Notes: generated from the sequence alone by a model not told the origin. Counted from the stretch's first letter, positions 1-14,700 are shown. The stretch: DNA of 64,000 nucleotides from Acanthaster planci (GCF_001949145.1 NW_019091357.1:996671-1060670); one strand, 5' to 3'. Numbers and translations are program-made.

Positions 1-1807
1 GAAACTTCCCCAATCCCCTCACAATTTTTGCCATTAGGGCGACTCTTTATCAAATCTTGGTCCAGGGTTCCGTTCGGTCTATTGCAATATTTAATGGAAT
101 TATCGTTGTCCTCTGCGAATCTATTGTCCCGAGCCTCGTGTGTTGCGCTGCCTACAGGCGTTAGATTAAAGGTCGATTTATCTCTCCCCTCGTCTCTTTA
201 TGTGAGGGATAGACTTCCCTTGAATTCCACGATTCCCTGAAAATGTCAAACGTGTTCTTTCGTCTTATTCGACGATTTTGAGTCGGGGAGATCATTTTTA
301 CATGGAGAGGGCCATTGAATCGCTGATGGCCTTGATGCATCGTCGTTCCATCCACTTTTACATTGGCACAATCCTATAGCTTCTTTCCTGATTATGGCAA
401 GATTAAAAAAAACACTTTGAGAACCGACATCAAAGGTCGCTCATGTGACAACAGTAAACTGCATTAATTTACCTCACCTTTGCTAATGGCGCAAGCTAGC
501 TTTTCTTTTAAAGTCGATCCCCTCCGACTGGGGCTTTGGTTCAGTCATAGGACCAGTGTAAATATGCATTTTACTAACTCAAATTCTGCTTGAAATATTT
601 AAAGTAAGATCAAATCATTGAATCATTCGTCGAATCGTAGCTTGTATTTTGCAGTTGGTTTTACGGTGAAAAAAGAGTAAATGTTTCTCGTAATGCAAAT
701 TCAAATTTCTCTGTATACGAGGATCAAACGCTGAAATAGGTTGCATGGAAGCAGTTATATTCATTTCATTACTGGGTTCACAGCCGGTTATCGTGGCGCC
801 ACGCTCTCCGAAATGTGGTATCCTAGGGATTCAAAAGTGCCCCAGGTCCTGCTATCGATTGAATCTCGACAAAATAGCATTTGATCGGAATCATTGAGTC
901 GTGCCCCTAGATCCATAATTCGTGTGGCGAATTCTGGACGAGGTTGTCTTCTATCGGAAGAGGTCTTGGCGTATTTTTCCCTACTCTGTCTCTCTCCCTC
1001 TCTCTCTCTAGCCTTTAGGCAAAATTATGAAAAGGCACGGAGTTGAAATCATCCAATACCTGTCCAAAATGTGCCAGAGACAACGCGTTGGACAGAACAA
1101 GACGACACCGCACAAAGAAATTTTTAAGTGGAAAGCTGTTAAACACTTTTAAATATATCCCCCCGAAATCACATTACTCCTGACAGAGCATGATTATACC
1201 TTCTTCTTTTCAAGTGATTACGTTTTCATTTTGATAATGCCGCTTTCTTGGTAAACCTACATTGTCTACATTCTATTCTTCTGTTAACATACTAACGTTA
1301 TAATTCTACATCAAGTTAAAATTTGACATTGACTGGATATTGGCTGTGCAGTCTTTTGTCATTGTAACAGTTTTGGCATTTTACGAGATCTTAGGGTAGT
1401 TCCAATCTACAGCGACATTTGGCAGAGATTATTAAATAGCTGAACTTATTTCAGTGAACTGTCAGAGTTTAATAACAAAACACCTTTATGGTCTTGAAAC
1501 TTGAAACTAAATATAGATTAGCAGGGATTCTAGTTACTCGACAATTTAAGTGTTTCAGTCTCATAAGAGAGAACCTGAAAGAGAGAGAGAGAATCACCCC
1601 AACCATAAAAACCACCGACTCTCATAGCATCCCATATTGTTTTTCTTCTTTCGTTGTGATAGAATTCAGCAGCTCTTGAACATTGTGTTTTGCCGGACGT
1701 AAGCAGAGCTATATATAGAGATCTTAAAGTGATTCGGAGAAGTTTTAGAAGAGTGTCTTATGGACTATTTACAAAGATTGATAATTGTGTCTTCGCTCTA
1801 CCAATTT

Positions 1808-1874
1808 CTGAGTAACGACACGATAAGGTTAGCAAGGAAAACTCAACCTGAGTAACGCAACGATAAGGTAAGCA
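1808..1874. repeat. Short direct repeat, 27-bp unit at 40-bp spacing
   Basis: ctgagtaacgacacgataaggttagca (1808-1834) and ctgagtaacgcaacgataaggtaagca (1848-1874). Confidence 0.8.
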
Positions 1875-4800
1875 TTGCAATCGTTTTTCTTTCTCAAAAT
1901 CTTTTATGTAAAAAAAAAAGTATTGCCAATCTTTGATCACCGTAACAGCGTGACCCAAAGCCAATTCTTCGTTAGGTTTTCGTTGATATTCGTGACCGAT
2001 GAACTGTTTTATTGCAGAGTTGTTACAGGAATTATGAATTTTCACTGTAGTAGGTACGACATTGTGACCATAAAACAATGCTGAAAGAAAATCTATTACA
2101 GAGTTTCTTTCACAAGTCTTGCACGACGGTGGAGGACACTTAAAATCATTGGAATATATTTTCATAGTCTCACATAATATTAAGAGTTCTGGCGTAATCA
2201 TTTTCCATGGCAGCTTGGCCTGATTTAATAGCCGACAGTAATTATATTTACTACACTGTAAACAGTCTGTCATTTGTTTGTCGGAAAGTGAGAAATAATT
2301 CTTATTTACCAAGCATGGGGAAAGTCTACGAAGAACTGAATTCCTTAGACGACATGTGACAGTGTCACCTTCAATTCTGTTAGATCATTAGCAGTTATTC
2401 CATCTGAGAAAAATCGGTCAGCTTAAAGACTGTCAGGTTGTATCGTGCTCAACCAAAGTGTCTGGTGTAGCATACGATCTGGGTCAAAGTAAACATAAGT
2501 CGCACATGACACGACGAACCTAAATATTAAAGCCATGCATCTTATTCGACTCTATCTTTTTCCCGCGAAAATGCATGCACTTTGTAGTCACTCCAGGATT
2601 CACAGTATTGATCTTGAATTGGTAAAGAATGCCGGCTGTTAAGGAGAGTTGTTTTTTCGGAGGTTGACTACTCCATGCTTTGTGAATCCTTTCTTACACT
2701 GCTGTCTGAGTGAGGGAGCAAAGGACAGCCGTTTTCCGCAAAGCATGTCAAGCTCATCAACATGGAACGAATCGATTAATATCCTAAGCTATGGACTATT
2801 CGGGGTGCAGTATTATATACGAGTCGCGCAAACATGATAGGCTACGACAACAGGGGTGTTTATTTAGATTTGCCATCTGAAATATTGATTTTTCTGGATA
2901 TTAAAAGATTATTTCATCTTGCTGACGTTTAGATTTTGTAACCATTTCGGTCTTTCGTTTATAAAGAAAAGCATGCGTTGCAACTGATTTTGCAGCATTG
3001 AAGTCTTTATCGTTTTTTTGCTTGATTTATTTGTCTGATGTTTTTGCAACATTTTATTTTGTTGTACAGGTCTATAATGAGAAGAGTTCTGAACCTGATA
3101 TTTTATTTACGTAGTATTTACTGGTGTTTTGCACAAACTCTCTGTCAGCTGACATTTTTCTCTTTCGAGTTTCTCTTTAAAATCGAGTCGAAAGTCTACA
3201 GTATTTTTGTTTTTGATCGCAGCAGCTCACTCCTGTCTGTCTGTATTTCTCTAGTCCGCAAGCAGTTTACTTTGTTTCTCTGTATTATTAATCACAGCTC
3301 ACCCGTCGGAGGAAAGTGAGATCTGTTTGGAATGATTTGTTTATTTGATGGTGCGGTGAGTGGCGCGTCTGATATCGTGTTGATAGGTGAATTAGTGGAA
3401 CGTCTTTGACATGTCCGTCTCGTAATGAGATTCACTTTCATCTCGTGCACTTTTTCGGGGGATTGGCAGTAGCTGTGAGTTTTTCTGCTTTGGTATATTT
3501 CAGTATCTCCATAGTTTCAACTCAGTAATGCCTTCGTCCGTTTTGTGTCCGTCTTCTCTGTCACCGCATAACATCTTTGTTATGATGTTGTGGTTACCTT
3601 CGACTGCATCTCGTTCTGCCGTCATTTCCAAATGACCTGCTAGAAAAAATTCAATCACATCGACCTTAATTTGAAGCCAAAGAATTCGTACTCCGCCCTG
3701 CAGGCACGGAAGGTCAAAATAATAACCCTGATTGGAAAATCAAATTCATGATTGATACAAGTCAAAACATTTCGTGTTCTTGCCAGGCCTGTTTACTGAT
3801 GAGGGCAGGCCCATATTGATCAGGCTGATGCGTGGGCCGGGCCTGGGGTTTGGTTCATAGAGATTGAAAGTACACTTTAATTGAGCCATATCAGATCATC
3901 GGTAACCAGTCCACAGGCTGTGTTTATTTTCACAACGTCTGCACGAGCCCATGAGGTTACCGTGAAATGTTTTCATAAAGTTTTCTCGAAAATAATTAGC
4001 ATTGGGACGAATATAAATATCCAGGTAGGGTTTGAAGAAAGGAGAAGATGAAATCAATGCAATCACTTAGGTTTTGGGGACAGTTAAGGAGACATTGTAT
4101 ATCTAATCACGGGGATTGATTTGAGATATCGCGATATCTGTGTGATTGCCAGGGGAAATTAACACAGCGGCGGTATTTTGCAAGGCTCATTGAATTGGAC
4201 AGCTTCACGACTGGTACAAAAACTAAATCTTTAGGGGTATTTTTCTACGAATTAATGTTGTTTTGTAAACGCTAGATCTGCACTTTGTATTTCGGTCGAG
4301 AAACCTGGTCCGCCAAGCATGAAAAATCAATAAGAGGGCGCTAAAGAATCGGTGGTCTTCCAGCGGCGGTGCGTTGCACAGCTGTACACTGTAGAGGGCG
4401 CTCGGAGTGAAGCTTTAAGCTCCAATACACTATAGGATGCACCGAACTAATTCAAGCCGCATTGAAAACTGTGTACAATCAAAGTATGGAGCCCCATTGC
4501 GGGAAACCGAAGTCCCTGAGGCCTCTCAACCAAAAAAACGTGTTTTTGGTTCTTCAGATGTCATTTGATTTTCAAATTTTATTTGGTTAACCAATAAATT
4601 TTTAATTTTCCACCAAACACAAACTCACCCCCAAAAAAGTGAATGTTCCCAAGTCAGTAGCCATTTGTAAAATGACATCCCTCACCATTCTCAGGCTCTT
4701 CTGACAAGTTTTCGATAACATTTTTGTCTGCTTAGATGGGTGACCCTGAATCTACAGAGATGATCCTGGGCCATACTTACACAATCCCACAATTTACTGG

Positions 4801-6107
4801 CCCCCTCAGATTCCTCTTTTCGAAAGAATTTGTCGGGGTAACAAGCGCTTCGGCCTTGCGGAACACTTTCCTTTCCTTGTATTAGGACAGTGCATCTCCA
4901 AACCAGGCATACGTGGTCGGTGAGGGCGCAATCTCGAAAGGAACTCCCTAGAATTAAGCATAAGCGAAGGTTTCGAGCCCACACGCATCAGTTCAAGAAG
5001 GCTTGAATGGAGTGAGCAGGTACTGTTCGCATGGTCAAGAATGAAGAAGCTTGACGTTGTTTTGAACAAGTCGTTATTGTTTGGTTTACATAAGTAATTA
5101 GATGTTCCCATCTACTGCTACATAGAGCTTCTTAAAAACTGTAAACTTGAAAGGAGGATGGATTCATGAGGACGTCGTCTTCCTCTAGACAGAACACTGG
5201 ATACATGCATTCCACTACCGATATTGGACCCTGTGCGGGATGTATAAAAAGCAATCCAAATGAAACAGATTGGTATAGTGGGTGATACAGCCTATACAGA
5301 AGAGAAACAGAAGTTAATTTAAGTTTGTGTGTGTCATCAGCAGATGTTTCTCGTGACACGCTATTGTTTCACATCAGTCTGGGGAACAGAAATCACGCCC
5401 TCTGTAGGTTGGGGCTTCTTCAATAGTGTTTACAACATTTGAACAACTGCAGATGTCGCAGAAGAAAGTTCTGCCATATGCTTTTGCACGCTGTTACATA
5501 ACACTGCCTACGACTGATACAATGCAATGCTTGGATAGACAAAGATCTGCTCTACATACGCTTAGATCTTCCAGCAGTATCAAGCAAAATCTTATTTTTT
5601 TTTTATCTTCCTCTGTGTCGATCTTGTACGCGTGAATCGACGAGGCATACGGGTGAACAGAGGACGAAACATGCGGTCTCTTTTGCAACGTGCCCACCTC
5701 GCGTCATCTGGCCGTGTTTTTCCATTCCACCGAATCCAAACAATTTCATAATTAAGATGTAAATATGTTACCATAGAACAACAACCTGGCCAGCATTTCT
5801 GCCGGTACTGCATGCATTTGTGATGAGGCGGCTCGATTGGCCTAATAAACGCACGCACGTGAATTAGATTTACCGCATCAGACCGCCTGGCGGTAAGATG
5901 CGTTTGATGGCACTCATCGGGGATAGATTATTATGGCTGGTTCCCTCCAGGCCCAAGCCTTTAAGTCTGGCAAAGCCTGGAATTTTAATTGGGTGGATTG
6001 CCATCTTATTCTGTAAAACGACAAGTCCAAACTCTGTCTCTCCTAGGATTCTTAACCTTCTTATAACACTCTTCAGGCGTACTTTGATTCATTGCACGAG
6101 CATTTCA

Positions 6108-6446
6108 TAATAATTTATTCATTTATAAAGCGCCAATGTCATGCAGTATGTTAAAATGCGCCGCACAATCAAGACCTTTAAGGTGGTCGAGCCAACGACA
6201 TACAAGGGCGCCTGACTCAGGCAGCCGCCAAACGACCCACATCCACCTACGTTCGTTTGGAGAGAGGAGACAATAAGAAGCAATTACAGTTGTGGAAGGA
6301 AAACTCCAGAGAAGTAATTTCTGGGTAAAACCCACGGATTCTGGCTGAGACTGAAAACCCAATCCACATGTGGGCCGAGCCGGGAATCGAACCCAGGCTG
6401 AAGAGGTAGGCCTAAAAGGTGAGGAAAGAACTGAACCGACGGCCCC
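6108..6446 (-). mobile_element. tRNA-derived SINE with V-domain-like core and L2-like 3' tail
   Basis: Minus strand starts GGGGCCGTCGGTTCAGTT (A-box-like) and has B box GGTTCGATTCCC (plus strand 6382-6393). The core gtgggttttaccc...ctggagttttccttccac resembles V-SINE cores. It ends gcgctttataaatgaataaattatta. Confidence 0.8.
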
Positions 6447-6510
6447 GAGATTGCAATGTAACAGGTAATGTGTTAAAAGCCAATACTTGCTTCATTTCGT
6501 TTTAGATTTG

Positions 6511-6548
6511 AGGGTTAATGACTTTAGAGTTAATGACTTTAGGGTTAA
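6511..6548. repeat. 15-bp tandem repeat, about 2.5 copies
   Basis: agggttaatgacttt agagttaatgacttt agggttaa. Confidence 0.8.
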
Positions 6549-9500
6549 CATTAATCTAAACTTGAAAATTGCTGCATTTTGCTAATCGTTTTTCCAGTGT
6601 ACACACTGTCAAAAGGGCCCCTTAAATGTTCTGTTTTATATGTATATTGAAGAGATTGACAACTGTCTGAAATTTCGGTTGGACCATAATATGAATGTGC
6701 ATTTAGTTTTAAGGCCAAGGAGGTATGTTGCAGCGATCTGTTTAATTTTTCTCAATCTGTACACATGATGCAGGCGGCGTGTTCTCTCACATCAACTCAA
6801 ACGTTGTTGAATACCCCACAACAAAATGTAAATATAAACGAATTTGGGCACCGTCAGCAAAAACGGCCATTCGGTAAATGAGGTTGATCAAATCTAGTTT
6901 GGTTATTACGCCTTTCAAGAAAGCTGAATATCCACATGTCCTTCAAAGTACTAACATATTGTGTTCATTCCAATATTTGATAATGCAGTTTAGAAATAAC
7001 GGCAGGCAGGCGGCTTGAGGTCGTTTTCCCTGACATGGGCTGACAAACATCTGTAAAAATTAGACTTAATGGAACACAACGTATTGTACTCAATGCGCGC
7101 GTTGGAAATGCCACTCCAGGTTTGCTTATGTTATTTGTCAAGTCAGACTCGCCGCTGTACGACGCTAATGGTGAAGGCGTGATTCCCTGTCACTCAAGCA
7201 TGTCTTAAGCGCCGCATTTTGTATATTGTATAACATCATGCGTAATAATGATCTTATAACGTTGAACTGTGAGCACCGAGCGACTATGTACAACTTCCAA
7301 AAAAAATAAAAAAAAACTACCCTGTTTGCTGCTGCTTCAAGCCTGGAACCTTCACGTGTTGATGCATCTATTTTTAAATCCACTAAACCCCACAGCTTGA
7401 CAAGGCCTTATCCGGGCTTACTGTTCCTACATACAACTCAAGCTACTTGCTTTATTCCAACTCATCCAAAGTTCATCACGTGCTTTTCATAGGGTATACC
7501 TGTACTTGTTATTCAAGAGTTTTCTGGACCAGCTCTATTGTTGATCAGTGCCGATTTTAGTGCATGCTTGCAAACACCACCGTCCACCGTCTGACTTCGT
7601 GATACTTTTTGGAAGGCGAAACCCCTTCCATAAATGCCGATCATGAAACATTCATTTCCCTTGTAGCTTGGTGACATTTAAACCCATCCCTGAGTCCCTT
7701 CCAAAGAATTGAGTCTTCAACAAACAAAACAGTGTGATGACAGTAACGTTGACAGTGTCGGATCGCGGACGAAATGCAGCGTTGCGGGACGGGAACGCTT
7801 TGAGGTAACAAACAATCTTGGACAGGTCGCGTTTTTTTAACATTGCCACTCCGTGTCGAAAACATTTCTTCTTTCTCAAGAATTGTGTAATCAATAAAAA
7901 GTACTCGCTGAGTCCAGACTTAATGTCATATAAATGGCTGTCAAATCGGGTGTGGAAACTTGGGAAAACCACAACTAGCAGCTGACCATCACACTTAAGG
8001 CATCCATCGTCAGGGCGGATGAAGTATATGCCAAATAACACCACTTGGAATGTGACATTAACTAGGTGTGATATACATGGCAAAACAGGACCATTCGTCA
8101 TCAACGACTCGTACCATTCTACAGAAGAGTCCCGCTCTCATTGAAGGACTTCCATACAAATATGTCAATTATCAAACAGAAGGATTGAAAAAATACTTTA
8201 TGAATGCCATGAGTCATACGTTGTGTATGAAATGCAGTCTCGCTGAAGTGGTGTGTCAAAGAAAAAAATGTTGGTTCATATCGTGGCAAGGCTAACTTCA
8301 ATTTGAAACCACTCAGCTTATTAAGACTCCCTTCCTACACGTCTTAATTGCCATTGATTTTTTTAAATATTCCTTTTGAGATGACTCCATATGCCAGTGT
8401 TCTTCTATCAAAACTGAACTAACTTACATTCCCACTTTGTGCTTCCCTATTTCCACACTAAAAGGGTAACAAGGTGGTTTTATGTATGACCAAAGTAGAA
8501 CAAGAGCGTTTACTTGAAACATTAAAAACCAAAACCGGTTTTTTGTGATATTAACGACGTATGGCTGAACATCTCCTTGTATTTTGCTGCTCAGTACGCT
8601 CAAACTTAATCCAATTTAGTTGTACCCATCGGCGTCTCAACGTATCTGATGAAACCGAGCGTGACGAACTTTAATCTCACGGCATTAGTTTGTCCGACAT
8701 TGTATCGGATAACCATCAGTCTAGGCATTAAAACCATTTCCCTCATAACAGCCAATGAACTACTATGAAGAGAGAGACATTTCCAGACAAATTATGAGTA
8801 ATTTGTGGTACTTATCTGACGGCAGCATGAGGCGAAAATAGAGACGCATCTCCCTGGCCCCGGAGGCAACCGTGCCGGGGACGCGGCGGGGTTATTGGAA
8901 AATATCAAAATTGCGGTAATGTGTATTTGTGACCTTCCAGGCTAGAGCGGGGCGACGACGCATGCGATACGTGCAATCGATTCCTGTTCCCTAAAACCCG
9001 GCCGATGTCTTCTGTCACCTGTTACGAAACTATGGAAAAAATAGTCTACAATCGGTGGCTGTTTCGTGGCAAGAAATCCCAGTACTCCATCAAAACGGAT
9101 CATCACTAAACTTGTTTGTTTACACAAAAAATTAGGAATGGTATCCAAACTTCGTTAGATTCTACGTCACAGGCGGCAGGTCTTTCTTTTAAAGTTCCTA
9201 TTGATCGACTTAACGAGGGCATTATAGAGAGTATCCACATCATATCTGACTAACAAGGTTAAGAAAATAATCTTTGGCATTTGTTGTGTTTAGCCTGCAA
9301 GAAACTAAACTCTCTGTGGATTATTTCTGAGCAGGTGTCATCGATCTTTGGTCTGGAGACGCCACACAGGGAACGTTGTGTGGTGTGTCTTTAAAAAGAT
9401 AGAATAACAAGAGAAATCATGGGATGATAAAGAATTAACGTTGCAGCTGTGTACACCTCTATGCAGAATAAGATTAGGCCGTCAACCAGTGACAAATAAA

Positions 9501-10398
9501 TCCCTTGGGATTAGCCAGTAATCCCTTCTTGTGGGATAAAATTATCTCAAGAAAGAAAACAAAAGCGCCCAGAAACGGGGTGGTATAACCCACAGGCCAA
9601 CGGAGGCAGCCAACTGCCGTTCGATACAACCCCAGCTGAACTTCAAATATCGACGTTCAACGTCAGTAACCCGGCTCAAATTACATGTAGACGCGATTCA
9701 CTCTAGCCCAGGGCCGAGTCCACTCAAGGAGACACGACTGGAATCGCTTGTCTCCTTGGGTTTTCATGTGGATGTGAATGAGAAAGATGAAGACACAATC
9801 GACGGGTTCGAAATGGACCACACTGATGGTTATAATTATATTGATAGGACTAAAACCCTGTAAGCTATATATCACTTAGTGCGGGCGGCATCCTTCAATT
9901 CAATGAAGTCATCCCGTTTTATTCGGTATTCTGTTTTTGCTTCAAATTACATACAAACATCTTGACTGCCGCCGAATATCGAATATTACCTGAAATAATT
10001 ACTTTTGGCTCATTTCATAGTATAAAATCAAGCTTGAAGCACATTACATCGCACAGTAACTCCACACTAGAGAAACAGTGGAAATATTTAATGTCAGGTT
10101 TTACCAAGTTTTGTTCTGGCAAATTTTGGTTGATACGAATTCAAATTAGCGTTTCAGCCTTTAACACTGCTTTGCCGTGGGAATGAAAACGTCTACAATA
10201 TTTAAATGGAATGAATTGCAGTTGTAAAAAACTGAATCGTTTAACTACTCATTTCTTTTTGAAATAACGTGAGCAGGAGGGAAATCAATCTCCCATTAAG
10301 CAGGCGCCTTTATTGTGTGTTATTTTGTCTTTTGATACTAACCCTCGACCAAAATTAAAAATAGTGTTTCTGAGAGCGAACACCTCTTGTTGGCCATA

Positions 10399-10434
10399 AA
10401 GACAGCTTCCTGTTGTGAATCAGGAAGCTGTCTT
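10399..10434. repeat. Perfect 14-bp inverted repeat with 8-nt loop
   Basis: aagacagcttcctg-ttgtgaat-caggaagctgtctt. Confidence 0.9.
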
Positions 10435-11404
10435 CCATGGATAGTCAGCAACAGAAATAATTTGTCGCGCATAATTATTACTTGGAGGTTGTACTCGTGG
10501 GAAGCTGTTGAAGATTATTGGAGAGATGTGCGGAATTGTATTACAGGGGAATTTGGTGGGAAAGTACGCGGCTTCCCCCAGGGGTTGAAAACGTGTAACC
10601 CTAGCCCATCAGATATCAGCTCCTAGTCGAGCAGGTGTGTGCTGGCCAGATTCACTGCCTTCAAAGGAACTAGTCAGTAGCCTGAAGTTAAAACAGAGAG
10701 TCGCGCAAACTAAGGGGCGGTTGCTTTTGTTCCAGCAGTGGAAACTGTCGGGAGTAGAGATTCAAACCTCGATTCTCAACTCTTGGTGGCAGCAGACAGA
10801 ATTCTCAATCTTCAAAATGGCTGTTGAGTGCACGATGCATTCCGAAACGACAACATGGAGTTTTCAGTTGACAAATCAGCATTGCATCATGTATTATTTC
10901 CAATTTTCCTCTTATAACCTTTAGCGGTGCACGTTTTTATGGCATATGTATCTTCCGATCTCCAACCAAACTTTCCAACGAAGTATTTTTCATTGTCACA
11001 GAACGCATTTGATGAGACGTGACGCATTGTTGCTTCGTGCTGTGTTTTGAAACGTTTTTAGGCTTGGTTGTATTCCTCATAATAAAAAAAAAAGAAATTC
11101 GAAGGCTGCGGGCAAATGCCTGCCTTTTCACACAACACGCACCAATTAGTGACAGCGCATGTTTTACTACTATAAAAATAATAAGAATAGTATGTTCTGA
11201 CATTCGGTTCACTTTCGACTCTGGAGCATCGTCCAGGTAACTTCACTTCGAGTGCAGGGAGTAGTCAACTGGAGCGCAACAGATGAAAATCGATGCATCG
11301 AGGAGCTAGGGGAAATTCTGGCTGACAGAGTAGATGGAGCAAGTGAAGGGTGAAATCGTTGCCAAGTCATTGATTCAATATTCGATGTTAGCTCTGGGAG
11401 CATC

Positions 11405-11700
11405 TCAAAGTTCAGTTGGGCAGTTGTCGGTTATGGTTCGTATCAGATATCTTAACTGTGTGTAAAAGTTGTTGTGGTGTTTTGGTGGGAAAGTTGCTGT
11501 TTTTCTCTTCTGTAAGAAGTTCAGCAAAAACACTTGAAGACAACACGATTTTGAAATTGATATGTAATTTTTTGACGCACGGGTAGCGATTAAAATGCGC
11601 TCCAGTTTCTTCAAGTAATATGCTTTGCTGTTTGCATAACTATAAAATTGTACCACTTTCGTTTTTGTGGCTGCTTCGAAGCGTATGTTGAAAGTGCTAA
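11405..11700 (-). mobile_element. Possible decayed Penelope-like element N-terminal fragment
   Basis: KKLERILIATRASKNYISISKSCCLQVFLLNFLQ loosely resembles the KLE...H..FL..C.....P.FL pattern of Penelope-like ORF N-termini. No RT motifs seen. Confidence 0.2.
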
Positions 11701-14700
11701 TTATTATAATATTTTAAAAATTCAATTTTTTTTTCATTTGTTTTCTGCCATCTTAGTTTTCGTTCATGTTGTTGCAGTTGTGGATGTTATAACTTCGTAG
11801 CTGTGCTATCTGATATTACTGACATTGCTGGAGATGTATTTACCATTGTCGCAATCACACTGCCACAGATTTTGTGTCTTCTTCATGCTTGGTGGCGGGT
11901 GCTTGTTATTTTGGACGAGCTTAGAATGCAGTTGTTCGCTCCCTGCGCCGCCCGCGATTGAATTGATAACCCAGAACATGCGTGCGGTACGTCAACCGTG
12001 ATCCAGTCAACGCTTGCGTCAAACTGTTCAACGCTTAATTGACTTGTTCACGCCGAATGGGGAAACTGTTGCCACGTGTTAATAAGCGTGCGAGGGGTGC
12101 CATCCAATCATGTACGATTCAGTTCAGCGCGAAGTTACCCATTCTGAGATTTTAAAGGTCAGTAAGGTGAGATTTTATAAAAACAAAACAAAAAACAAAA
12201 AATAACTACCTATCAGTCTATCTAGCTGAAATACGGATCACTCCCTGTAGATGGCCTTATTTCTCAGACTGTCCTTGGACATAATTTAACAGACCACTTC
12301 AGCTAAGATTTTTATTCCTGAATTCTGCATGGTACTACTATTAAAACAAACTGGTATTTTCCCCTGCTCAGCGTAATTGGTATGTTAAATTCTAGCTTGT
12401 ATTAGTCATTACTGCCAAACAATGCAACTACTGGATTTGTAAGGATTTCAGATCCATTACCAAGCCATCTTTTCACCCAATGCCTCTGAATACCATTGAA
12501 GCCGCACGCAGACAGACGTTTTTCTCCTACGGAGTCTTATTTTTCAATATTGGCGACAGTTTATACCACGCTGCTCGCCCACTGCTGGCGGACTCTTCAG
12601 GATTCATCTACCGCCTGCTGAGATAAGAGTTCTCAGTAAAACATCGTGACCTATATCTTTCATTCAAGGAGTTGGGGCTAGAAACGTACAAGGGAGGAAT
12701 GCGAATCCCATCCAATCAGAGTCACTTTGAAATTCTCCACTGCGGACCGCACGGGGAGAAGGATGCGTGGAATTTGGAGATGTGGCTCTGTTGAATTTGA
12801 GCAATCACCGCTCTTGGTCGTTAGGATTATTTTTGTGGCTGAGAAAGACAACATGCGTCACTTTTGCAACAAAATGTGACGATTTCCTTTATCAGTTCGT
12901 GAATACGGGCTAAGCCCAAAAGCGTCAGAGCAGATTAGGGTTCGTTTCAGAATTTAAGGCTAACTTTAGAACAAAAAGAGGCTTTTCATGCTGTGAATAG
13001 GTCTTGTTTGTGAGTGACGAGGGATCTTTAAATCTTAAAGACAAGCCCTTCAGATTCATCAGTTGGAAAAATAGTTTCTTTTGCAGAAAAGTAACCAAAA
13101 TATCAGGCCCATTTTAAATTTCAAATTTCTGTTTAAATTTAGGATTAAAGTTTCTTAGGCTATTCTTAACGGAATCCCCTAAAATAATTTGGTGAAACAT
13201 CAATAAACAGTAATCTGTGAATTGAGAATAATCCTCAAATTACAAGAAGGTTAGCCTTAAAGTTGTTTTTGTTACGAGTCATACAGTCGATTTATTTATA
13301 ACAGTTTATTTAGGCGTAAACTACTCGCTGAGCCAATAGTTACCTTAACCTACATTGGTATCAAAAGACAACTAATATTAGTAACAAGAATGTTATGCTC
13401 ATATTTAACACTGTCTTGTAAAGCGTGGAATGTAGTTCATTATTTATAGATCTTAACTGAGCTCCCATGAAGAAAATATTCCCGAAATGTTGTCATCGAG
13501 AGAGTGCCGATCGGCTTTCATTTCAAGGATACACTTTGCTAGCGAGTATTATTTTATCAGTTGAATTCGTCGAAAAGGATAGCTGGTTCGTTTCGAGTTT
13601 GATACCAACCACTACAACCAGTCGGATACAGTTACACGTATGAAATTTCGGAAGAGGGTTAATTTATTAATCGATGTAATGTCCATATCGTATTCTTGAC
13701 TATACGTCTAAACTTGACACCGAGCAACCATTATGTATTTCTGTCGAGTTTGCTGTTTCCGTCTTTGTGAACATCTTTGGAGAATTTGTATTTCAACAAA
13801 TAAAATGTTTATAATTGGGCCAGGTTGTGAATCTAAGACTATCGAAATATTGCGAAAATGAAGGGGCTGTAATTATTTGCGCTCTAGGACTTTGTAGCCG
13901 CCACCTAGATCCGCGAGGTCACTCTGTCATGTGTGAAGTTTTGTTAAGATATCAGTTCGATGTCTCGACCACTTTTCTGTGAGTACCTTCATAATAGTAA
14001 CCCGAAAAGCCAAATGCCATGCCTTTCTTTATAATCGGCGGACTTGTTCATGCCATACTCGCCATGCAGCATCATGATGTTTACATCGTTTGCAGTTACA
14101 GTAAACCGTACTGATGGGTCATTATTAAAGTTGGACTGGGTGAGAGATTGCCTTCCAGCATAGACTCACGCCACAGGAGTAAACACAGCCAAGCTTACTA
14201 AGGTTTAATTTGAAATATTTGTGGCGTTGTGGTTGTCACTCCCTCCAGAGACTTTCAGGAAGTGACATTTATGTTCGGAAAGTCACTGAGATGTGAAAGG
14301 CTGGTAACGCTTGGGAGCTTGACACAGAGGGATGACTTAGAAGAAATCAGTGTCAGAGCCCACAGCGTCCGTTTTTTGTCGCCCAGAGCGAATGATTGCA
14401 GCCCATTAGATCGTCTGCGACAGTTATCTAATAAATTGCACGCAATTATTGCTGAAATTCTTGCATTAAGTGCAACACGAATCGACATTTTAACAATTGG
14501 GATGCAAAGAGGGGTGCGTCATAGAGTCAACGCATAAAGCGAATTACACGCTTTATGCCCTCACATCAAAATGGATTTATAATTGTTGTCCAAATAACGA
14601 CGCTACTTCAAGTCTTTTCAAGCATTTGAAAAACGACCTTGGCTGCGTTTATTTACTATCCCGTAAGAAAAAGCGAGATTTAAAACCACAGCAATGTTTA

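Noticed and set aside
1758..2312. 184-aa minus-strand ORF
   Set aside because: Non-ATG start, AT-rich, crosses a poly-A run and a short repeat, and has no recognisable domain.
3796..3820. CTGATGA followed by a small stem, hammerhead-like (similar cases at ~8646, ~35023 and ~47918)
   Set aside because: None has the GAAA after stem II or the flanking stems.
4329..4403. Two AGAGGGCGCT CTCF-like half motifs
   Set aside because: They lack the 5' CCAC/CCAG part of the consensus, so they cannot be supported from sequence alone.
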